IMG/VR virus record: IMGVR_UViG_2548876959_000002
Length of the DNA: 5,403 nucleotides
From: a virus
Lineage: Duplodnaviria > Heunggongvirae > Uroviricota > Caudoviricetes
Reading direction: 5' to 3' (one strand)
Positions 1 to 5,403 of this stretch are shown here, piece by piece. Every line of letters begins with the position of its first letter. The stretch's first letter is position 1. A program made the position numbers and the translations under genes. The notes below the pieces were generated by a model, which was not told the origin of the DNA, searched no databases, and saw only the letters and a program-made list of their open reading frames with translations.

Positions 1-59
1 GACTATCACTTATTTAAGTGATACTGGTTGTCTGGAGATTCAGGGGGCCAGTCTAATTC

Positions 60-662
60 TTGGTTAACATGGATAGTATTAAGGGGTCTGGTGCATATTT
101 CCCTATTATCGCTGGCTATAGTAACTTAGGTGATGTTGGTTATCGTCAGTCCTTCGAGTTTGGTTGGACGGGTAGCGGTTCGACTCACGGTTGGCGTACT
201 GGTATTATCCGTATGCGTGGCGATAACGCCAACGGGCAGCAAGCACGCTGGGAATTTACTATGGATGGTGACTTTACCGCAGGTCGTAACGGTAGCTTTA
301 ACGATGTTTACATTCGCTCTGACTCCCGTTTGAAGATTAACAAGGAAGAATTACAGGACGGCGCATTAGAGAAAGTAAACTCCCTGAAAGTCTACACCTA
401 CGATAAAGTTAAATCTCTTTCAGATGACACAGTGATTAAACGCGAAGTAGGTATTATTGCTCAGGATCTGGAAGAAGTGTTGCCGGAAGCAGTAGGTATT
501 CAATCCACCGAAGATCCAGAACAACCGGAAGCAATTAAGACTATTTCTAACTCTGCTGTTAATGCCTTGATTATTAAAGCTATTCAGGAAATGGACGCCA
601 AATATCAAGCTAAGATTGAAGCATTGACTAAAGAGATTGCCGAACTCAAAGCAACTAAATAA
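60..662 (+). CDS. Short fibre-like protein with C-terminal S74-type intramolecular chaperone / autoproteolysis domain
   Basis: Open frame 60-662 with TTG at 60 and first ATG at 69; the true start is uncertain. The C-terminal half carries the S74 hallmark known from endosialidase and tail-fibre chaperone domains: YIRSDSRLKINKEEL (Ser-Asp scissile pair at nt 318-323, Lys five residues on at nt 333-335) followed by GIIAQDLEEVLPEAV. The N-terminal ~87 aa are Gly/Trp/Tyr-rich and beta-like. The same frame has a TAA at 54-56, so this protein cannot extend upstream in frame. Confidence refers to the gene being real; function is by motif recall only. Confidence 0.7.
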   Translation: MVNMDSIKGSGAYFPIIAGYSNLGDVGYRQSFEFGWTGSGSTHGWRTGIIRMRGDNANGQQARWEFTMDGDFTAGRNGSFNDVYIRSDSRLKINKEELQDGALEKVNSLKVYTYDKVKSLSDDTVIKREVGIIAQDLEEVLPEAVGIQSTEDPEQPEAIKTISNSAVNALIIKAIQEMDAKYQAKIEALTKEIAELKATK

Positions 663-669
663 TAAAAGT

Positions 670-688
670 CGGGGGACTAGTTCCCCCG
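670..688 (+). terminator. GC-rich hairpin after the fibre-like gene (weak terminator or RNA-stabilising hairpin candidate)
   Basis: CGGGGGA (670-676) pairs with TCCCCCG (682-688) around the 5-nt loop CTAGT. It starts 8 nt after the TAA at 660-662. No uninterrupted U-tract follows (TAATAACAATTTT), so intrinsic termination would be weak at best. Confidence 0.3.
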
Positions 689-718
689 TAATAACAATTT
701 TAATTAAGGGGTAATTCT

Positions 719-1189
719 ATGTCTCAATTTAATGATATTTTTACTGGTGGTCTGGTAAGTCTGTTCTATCACGCTGATACCACTAACACCGCTCTCGATC
801 ACTCCGGTTACGAAGAAATTAAAGAGTGTGCTGGTTTTCCTGAAACTGGTATCGAGCGCGGTACTGTAGAAGTTAAATCCTTCTCTTCTCAGTATAACCG
901 TAAGCTGGTAGGGAAACTGAACGTTCCTGATCTGACTCTGACCGTTAACTACATCCCAGGCGATGCGGTGCACGAGAAGCTCATTAAAGCTGCCGAAGAC
1001 GGTACTCGAATTCAGATTAAGATTGAATACTATGTTGATGCAGCAAAACAGACTGGTATTCGCACCGCTTTCAACGGCTTTATTTCTAAAGTTGCTATGA
1101 ACGGTGGCGATGAAGAAGTTGTAACCAAAGAGTTTACCTTCGCGGTGGACGGAAAGCCGATCAAACAGGAAATCTTCACTGCCGGATGA
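719..1189 (+). CDS. Major tail tube protein (lambda gpV tube-domain-like, no Ig-like C-terminal domain)
   Basis: ATG at 719 preceded by SD AAGGGG with a 7-nt spacer; 156 aa ending in TGA at 1187-1189. Segments LTLTVNYIPGD / GTRIQIKIEY / FNGFISKVAMNGGDEEVVTKEFTFAVDGKP align by eye with my recollection of lambda gpV (FTLAWMPGEQ / GDTRAYKIRF / [30 protein letters not shown]). Position immediately upstream of the chaperone and tape-measure genes fits. Similarity is judged from memory, not from a search. Confidence 0.8.
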   Translation: MSQFNDIFTGGLVSLFYHADTTNTALDHSGYEEIKECAGFPETGIERGTVEVKSFSSQYNRKLVGKLNVPDLTLTVNYIPGDAVHEKLIKAAEDGTRIQIKIEYYVDAAKQTGIRTAFNGFISKVAMNGGDEEVVTKEFTFAVDGKPIKQEIFTAG

Positions 1190-1315
1190 ACTAACGAAGA
1201 ACTTCCTTTAATAGAACCGGAACCACTACCGGAACATGAAGCGGTGGTGATTCCAGAAGTAGAAGAAGTTACGGCGAAAGCCACAGCAAAACGAGGCCGC
1301 AAGGCTAAGAATTAA
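1190..1315 (+). other. In-frame 41-codon open extension after the UGA stop of the tube gene (candidate readthrough extension)
   Basis: From 1190 to 1312 the tube-gene frame has 41 sense codons and then TAA at 1313-1315. They translate to TNEELPLIEPEPLPEHEAVVIPEVEEVTAKATAKRGRKAKN. There is no in-frame ATG; the only ATG in the region (1236) opens a 4-codon ORF. The terminator hairpin follows this second stop, not the first. Confidence 0.3.
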
Positions 1316-1319
1316 TTTT

Positions 1320-1348
1320 AAGCCCTGCCTTAATGGTGGGGCTTTTTT
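1320..1348 (+). terminator. Rho-independent terminator candidate downstream of the tube gene
   Basis: AAGCCCTGCC (1320-1329) pairs with GGTGGGGCTT (1335-1344), 10 bp including two G-U pairs, around the 5-nt loop TTAAT. It is followed directly by a T-run (GCTTTTTTATT). Confidence 0.6.
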
Positions 1349-1363
1349 ATTGGAGTAATCAAA

Positions 1364-1870
1364 ATGGCAAATGTCGTTAATAAGCCCGGCTGGGTCGGAT
1401 CATCTGCTGTATCGGTGACGGGTAAGCGATGGATGAAAGAAGCATTAACAGCTTTAAAAGTTCCGGCTCCGCGTAATATGTCGGCAATGGCTGGTCGTGG
1501 TATGGATACGGTTGTAGCTACTGCATCGTGGTCTACTTCATTGGGTAATAACTGGGGTGTAACTGCTTCAAACTATCCTGTTTCCGGTATGCAAAGCAAA
1601 GGATCTATGGAGAACCCCGAAAACGTGGGCGTAGGCCGTCTAATTGGCGTTATCGTTGGTCAATTCAATGGCGGTACTCCTACTATGGCTGTATATCTCC
1701 AGAACGGTAGAGCGGGGAATATAACCGTTAATTTGGGTGGTGCTGCTGTCACTGTTCCTTATAACAGTATGCAAAGTGGTTTTCATTACTACTGGTTAAG
1801 CAATCCTCCGGCAGCTTTCCTCAATAACATTAAGAAGACTGGCACTAAGCAGACTTTGAAAATCTCTTAA
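1364..1870 (+). CDS. Hypothetical protein, 168 aa, Gly/Ser/Thr/Asn/Val-rich (possible beta-sandwich structural accessory)
   Basis: ATG at 1364 with SD GGAG at 1352-1355 (8-nt spacer), immediately downstream of the terminator hairpin. There is no N-terminal hydrophobic signal-like segment and no catalytic motif I recognise. Composition and the segment ITVNLGGAAVTVPYN suggest beta-rich structure. Function is unknown. Confidence 0.7.
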   Translation: MANVVNKPGWVGSSAVSVTGKRWMKEALTALKVPAPRNMSAMAGRGMDTVVATASWSTSLGNNWGVTASNYPVSGMQSKGSMENPENVGVGRLIGVIVGQFNGGTPTMAVYLQNGRAGNITVNLGGAAVTVPYNSMQSGFHYYWLSNPPAAFLNNIKKTGTKQTLKIS

Positions 1871-1912
1871 ATTCTAAATAAACATATCGAATTAACTTAA
1901 GAGGAAACAAGA

Positions 1913-2221
1913 ATGAATATTAATGAAATGCTGAAAGCTCTTTCTCCGAAACGCGAATCTCTGACCATCGGTGGATTCACTTTCTATGCTCGCCCTATGT
2001 CAGTAAAAGAATTTAACGAACATGTTTTCAATACCGATAAAGATGACCGTGATGAACGTTCTATTCTTCGTTGTATTGAAGATGAAGACGGTAAACCAGT
2101 ATTTGAATCTATGGAACAAGTTAAGGCACTGTATACTAACGTCCGCAGTGAATTAATCGGTTTGGTTGCTCAAGCGTCATTGATGCAAGATCCGACAGTA
2201 ATTGAAAACGAGGTAAAGTAA
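1913..2221 (+). CDS. Tail assembly chaperone (gpG-like by position)
   Basis: ATG at 1913 with strong SD AAGAGGA upstream; 102 aa, acidic, ending ENEVK then TAA at 2219-2221. It lies directly upstream of the tape measure gene and is overlapped at its 3' end by a -1-frame ORF, the usual G / G-T arrangement. Confidence 0.75.
   Translation: MNINEMLKALSPKRESLTIGGFTFYARPMSVKEFNEHVFNTDKDDRDERSILRCIEDEDGKPVFESMEQVKALYTNVRSELIGLVAQASLMQDPTVIENEVK
2212..2218 (+). promoter_or_regulatory. Candidate -1 programmed frameshift site GGTAAAG, immediately 5' of the G stop codon
   Basis: The -1 frame opens at 2206, after a TGA at 2203-2205, and the G frame stops at 2219-2221, so any shift must occur within 2206-2218. 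The only Lys-slippery element there is G GTA AAG (2212-2218), one base different from the lambda G-T site GGGAAAG. The P-site codon GTA is non-canonical. Confidence 0.4.
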
Positions 2222-2250
2222 ACCCGCTTCTGAATTTCTATTTTCGGCAA

Positions 2251-2592
2251 ATGATGCGATCGGGGCTTAGTAAAGATGAAATGGATAATATGCCAATCAC
2301 TCTGTTTTGGAAATTATACATTTTCGACACCTACTTAGAACCACAAAGCCCCGCGTTTCATGATATGCAGAATGCGATGTTGCAATATTCCATGTATATG
2401 ACGTCGCAAGGAATGACACGCGAAACTGCACGCAAACTCAAGCCTAGCCAATTCCAATTAATTAGAGAAGAAAAACTCTTTAAAACTAAAGAAGAACTGG
2501 AAGAAATTGCACGCAAGAAAGAAGAAGAACGTAAAGCGGCAATGCTGAACATGTTTGATCCATCTTTGCTTGAGAAACTCAGAAGCGGTTAA
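2251..2592 (+). CDS. Tail assembly chaperone T-region (gpT-like), probably expressed as a G-T fusion by -1 frameshift
   Basis: This ORF is in the -1 frame relative to the G-like ORF. The frame is open from 2206, and no SD precedes the first ATG at 2251 (upstream TGAATTTCTATTTTCGGCAA). The product is basic and charged (KTKEELEEIARKKEEERK). It ends at TAA 2590-2592, overlapping the SD of the tape measure gene. Confidence 0.65.
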   Translation: MMRSGLSKDEMDNMPITLFWKLYIFDTYLEPQSPAFHDMQNAMLQYSMYMTSQGMTRETARKLKPSQFQLIREEKLFKTKEELEEIARKKEEERKAAMLNMFDPSLLEKLRSG

Positions 2593-2603
2593 AGGGGTAA
2601 TTT

Positions 2604-5033
2604 ATGACAAAACATATAGTAACAATAGAAGGGGATAATAAAGGTCTAAGGAGAAGTACCAATGAAGCCGCCGACCTTCTCGATAGTTTGTCTGAAAAGG
2701 CAAGTAATATTGATTTTGGTGGTGGCTTATCTGGTCTGACTGGATCTCTTCGTGGGATCGCTGGCTCTGCTGGTTTGGCTGCTGGTGGTATCGGCTTAGT
2801 TGCGACCGCAGTGGTTGCAGCCGCTAAAGCTGGCGCGGAATACGTTAAACAATATTCAGAAGTATCTAAGGCGACCGGACTCTCGATTGAATCCCTTCAA
2901 AGACTGGAAAAGGAATTTTCTGGTACTGGCCTAACAGTTGAAAAATTCGGTGATATCAACAAAGACACCTTAGATAAGATGGGTGATGCATGGGCTAACG
3001 GTGGTGGTATTGCTGATGACTTAGAATCGGTTGGTCTTAAGTTAGAAAACTATGCTCACTTCATGACAGATCCGCAAGGTGGTATGAAAGCGGCGATCCA
3101 AGTGTTCTATGACATGAAGAAAGCCGGAAAATCAATGGCTGAAATCAAGTTCATGATGGAATCTTTAGCCAGTGATTCAAGCCATATGACCAGCCAGCTT
3201 GAGAAATATAATAGTGCTCAAGAGGCGATGATCGCTATTCAGAATCAATCTGTTAACGTCACCGAAGAAAACGCTAAAAAATATGATAAATTTTCTCAGA
3301 ATATTAATAAGCTGGAAAATAACCTGAAAGGCGCAGCCATGACCATTACTGGTCCTTTGGTTGATAGCTTAAACTGGTTATTTGAATGGTTTAATATTGA
3401 TTGGGAAAAGAGTTCTCTATTCAGGGCATTAGACCGTCTGAATAAAGAAGGTAAGACCGCAACTGGTGGTATTCTTAACACCAACCATAAAGACGCTCAA
3501 AAGATTATTGACAAGTACAATAAAGAAAAGCGTTGGAATAATCTAGCAGATTGGGAAAAGGCCGCGATCCGTGGTGCTGGTGTCGATCCTCGTACTGCTG
3601 GCTTTGATGTAGAAGGATTTAAGAAACGTTTTGGTGGGTCTTATAAGAAAAATGGTGCTCTGATTGTCGTAGATGCTGGTGAACATCTGACACGCAAGGC
3701 AGATCCTAACACTGATTTAACTCTACCAAATAAACCAGTAAGACCAGAATCATTGGGTAAATCTGGCAACGAGAAGAAAGCCGAGGAAGAAGCACGCAAG
3801 AAAGCGGAAGAGGCAGCTAAAAAGGCTAAGGAAGCCGCAGAAAAAGCACAGAAAGAACGTGAGGATGCAATCAAGCGTCTGAATGCACTTGATGTTAAAT
3901 TGCAAGGGCAAGTTGCAGCGTCTATTGCTTCTCAAAACAAGCAGTTAGAAGCCAGCTTGAAAGATTTGGATACTGCTTTAGATCTGGGCTTAATCTCTCA
4001 GCAAGACGCAGCCGCGAAACGCCAATCCTTAATCGATCAGAATACTGAAAACGTATACAAGATGATTTTAGGTGCTGATCCGGTTGATGCTCTGAATGCT
4101 TTAACACAATTGCAACAAATCAGGGATAATGAGTTAGAAAGCCATAAACGGTTACTTGATGGTAAGGCTATCTCCTACGAAGAATATATGCGTCGTGTGA
4201 ATGATACCGAACAAAGTTATTCGCAGATTGAAGATTCTTTGCATGGAATGGATGGTTTTAAAACCAATCAGTTGACCAATAGCTTAGACTATCAGGACTC
4301 AAATAATCCGTTTGCTAAATTTAATGCAATCGATAAAGAGAAATCGGAAGCCGAACAAGATTATAAAACCGATAAACTCAAGATTGATGGGATCACCGAT
4401 CCGGCTAAACGGATGGAAGAATTAGAAAAACTCAATGAAAACCATCAAAAACGAATGGCTGCAATTGAGAAGAAATATGCTGATGCTCGCCAGTCAATAG
4501 CCGATGATATGTACGGCGGTTTTGCTGCTGCAATGACTCTCTTCGGGCAGGAAAACACTAAAGCTATGCAGATGGCTTTCAATGCTCATAAAGCATTCTC
4601 TATCGGACAAGCGACGGTGAACATGTGGACGGCTGCTACCGATGCATGGAACGATCCGACCAACGTAACCACAGGTCAAAAAATCGCTGCTGCTGCATTG
4701 GCTGTTTCTCAGAACATGGGGAACATCGCAAACATCAAGTCTACTAACGTTAGCGGTATGGCTCATGATGGTATCGATAATATCCCTCGTGAGGGTACAT
4801 GGTTGCTTGATAAGGGTGAACGAGTAGTTGATCAGCGTACTAACGGTGATTTGAAAGACTTCCTTGCTGCTCAAAAATCAGGCGGTGGCAACTCTCAGCC
4901 GATTGAAGTTAACGCACCTTTGAACATTAACGGCAACGTTAATAGCTCAGACAAGATGGTCATGGATGCTATCAAACGTCACGCTAAGTTAGTTGCTCAG
5001 GCGGTAGAAGACGCACAACGCCGTAAGATGTAA
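2604..5033 (+). CDS. Tail tape measure protein
   Basis: 809-aa ORF with SD AAGGGG and a 7-nt spacer. It has an N-terminal Gly/Ala-rich hydrophobic segment (aa 39-78), a long charged alpha-helical segment (EKKAEEEARKKAEEAAKKAKEAAEKAQKERE), and a C-terminal region with the motif GMAHDGIDNIPREGTWLLDKGERVV, which resembles the conserved C-terminal motif I recall from lambda-family tape measure proteins. Size, composition and position after the G/T pair all fit. Confidence 0.93.
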   Translation: MTKHIVTIEGDNKGLRRSTNEAADLLDSLSEKASNIDFGGGLSGLTGSLRGIAGSAGLAAGGIGLVATAVVAAAKAGAEYVKQYSEVSKATGLSIESLQRLEKEFSGTGLTVEKFGDINKDTLDKMGDAWANGGGIADDLESVGLKLENYAHFMTDPQGGMKAAIQVFYDMKKAGKSMAEIKFMMESLASDSSHMTSQLEKYNSAQEAMIAIQNQSVNVTEENAKKYDKFSQNINKLENNLKGAAMTITGPLVDSLNWLFEWFNIDWEKSSLFRALDRLNKEGKTATGGILNTNHKDAQKIIDKYNKEKRWNNLADWEKAAIRGAGVDPRTAGFDVEGFKKRFGGSYKKNGALIVVDAGEHLTRKADPNTDLTLPNKPVRPESLGKSGNEKKAEEEARKKAEEAAKKAKEAAEKAQKEREDAIKRLNALDVKLQGQVAASIASQNKQLEASLKDLDTALDLGLISQQDAAAKRQSLIDQNTENVYKMILGADPVDALNALTQLQQIRDNELESHKRLLDGKAISYEEYMRRVNDTEQSYSQIEDSLHGMDGFKTNQLTNSLDYQDSNNPFAKFNAIDKEKSEAEQDYKTDKLKIDGITDPAKRMEELEKLNENHQKRMAAIEKKYADARQSIADDMYGGFAAAMTLFGQENTKAMQMAFNAHKAFSIGQATVNMWTAATDAWNDPTNVTTGQKIAAAALAVSQNMGNIANIKSTNVSGMAHDGIDNIPREGTWLLDKGERVVDQRTNGDLKDFLAAQKSGGGNSQPIEVNAPLNINGNVNSSDKMVMDAIKRHAKLVAQAVEDAQRRKM

Positions 5034-5037
5034 TTAA

Positions 5038-5083
5038 AAGCCCCCATAGTCATAAATAATCATAAAACTATGGGGGCTTTTCT
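5038..5083 (+). terminator. Long hairpin with U-rich tail between the tape measure gene and the next gene (terminator or attenuator candidate)
   Basis: AAGCCCCCATAGT (5038-5050) pairs perfectly with ACTATGGGGGCTT (5067-5079), 13 bp, around the 16-nt A/T-rich loop CATAAATAATCATAAA. It is followed by TTTTCT and then the ATG at 5084. The loop is large for a classical intrinsic terminator. Confidence 0.5.
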
Positions 5084-5371
5084 ATGTTCAAATCCAAGAA
5101 TATTAAAATCACAGATTTTACTCTTAAATCAAAACAGCCTTTCTTCAAGGCGCAATCTATCTCCGGTAAATTTCAACGTCGCTTTACTGGCATTCATTTT
5201 TACGAAGCAGAATTTACCGCGAATTACATGGCTCAGGATATTAACGAAGTAAAAGAATTTGTAGCACGTCACCTTTTTGGTCGTCCTTTTAGTGTGCCAC
5301 TGTCTTACTTTTCAAAATATACAGGTGATGTACGCCAGATGGTTACGGCGGTAATGACTCCAACTTATTGA
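5084..5371 (+). CDS. Small minor tail protein (gpM-like by position and size)
   Basis: 95-aa ORF immediately after the tape measure gene, ending in TGA at 5369-5371. Size and position match lambda gpM-type minor tail proteins; my sequence recollection is too weak to assert homology. The only SD-like sequence (GGGGG, 5072-5076) lies within the 3' arm of the upstream hairpin. Confidence 0.65.
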   Translation: MFKSKNIKITDFTLKSKQPFFKAQSISGKFQRRFTGIHFYEAEFTANYMAQDINEVKEFVARHLFGRPFSVPLSYFSKYTGDVRQMVTAVMTPTY

Positions 5372-5403
5372 TAGTGTTTTATGTTCAGATAATGCCCGAT
5401 GAC

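Noticed and set aside
130-333. 67-aa plus-strand ORF in an alternate frame inside the fibre-like gene
   Set aside because: Fully embedded in a longer ORF that carries a recognisable domain. Its product is hydrophobic and low-complexity, typical of an off-frame artefact, and it has no SD.
420-608. 62-aa minus-strand ORF
   Set aside because: Antisense to the S74-domain coding region, with no SD; the whole window is otherwise organised as a single-strand operon.
704-1302. Minus-strand ORFs 704-973 and 1030-1302
   Set aside because: Antisense to the tube gene and its in-frame extension. The second is a Ser/Gly/Thr low-complexity reading of the antisense of Glu/Pro-rich codons. No initiation signals.
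1871-1912. AT-rich spacer upstream of the G-like gene as a possible promoter
   Set aside because: No convincing -35/-10 pair and no exact phage late-promoter motif that I can recognise; it is more simply a spacer carrying the SD AAGAGGA.
2358-2552. 64-aa minus-strand ORF inside the T-region
   Set aside because: Antisense artefact of a Lys/Glu-rich coding region; Ser/Leu-rich product; no SD.
3296-4874. Several minus-strand ORFs inside the tape measure gene (3296-3484, 3641-3874, 3750-3935, 3922-4107, 4494-4874)
   Set aside because: All are embedded antisense in a confidently coding 809-aa ORF. Several read the antisense of the charged GAA/AAG-rich block, giving Phe/Leu/Ser/Cys-rich products. 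None has an initiation context.
5070-5252. 60-aa plus-strand ORF overlapping the start of the gpM-like gene
   Set aside because: Off-frame overlap with a longer ORF; it starts inside the hairpin; the product is implausible.
5380-5403. ATG at 5380 and ATG at 5398 as possible starts of the next gene
   Set aside because: The frame at 5380 hits TAA after 3 codons. The frame at 5398 runs off the window after 2 codons, so it cannot be supported from this window.
1-5403. CRISPR arrays, tRNA or other structured RNA genes, insertion-sequence ends
   Set aside because: No direct-repeat/spacer periodicity, no cloverleaf-compatible segments in the short intergenic regions, and no terminal inverted repeats or transposase-like ORFs were seen.

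Overview
The window reads as a compact, single-strand (+) phage or prophage tail-morphogenesis module with the order typical of long non-contractile tails: a short fibre-like protein with a C-terminal S74-type intramolecular chaperone domain (60-662), a major tail tube protein resembling the lambda gpV tube domain (719-1189), an unassigned 168-aa Gly/Ser/Thr/Asn-rich protein (1364-1870), two overlapping small ORFs in the position and frame relationship of tail assembly chaperones G and G-T (1913-2221, 2251-2592), an 809-aa tape measure protein (2604-5033) and a small gpM-position minor tail protein (5084-5371). Genes are separated by short spacers with Shine-Dalgarno motifs, and GC-rich hairpins follow the fibre-like, tube and tape-measure genes. 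No tRNA, rRNA, CRISPR array or mobile element is visible, and the minus-strand ORFs look like antisense artefacts. Functional calls rest on recalled motif and family resemblance plus gene order; no database search was possible. The points most worth follow-up are a 41-codon in-frame open extension past the UGA stop of the tube gene, the unassigned ORF inserted between tube and chaperone genes, the unusually short S74-domain protein sitting where a tail terminator would be expected, and a non-canonical G-T frameshift site abutting the G stop codon.
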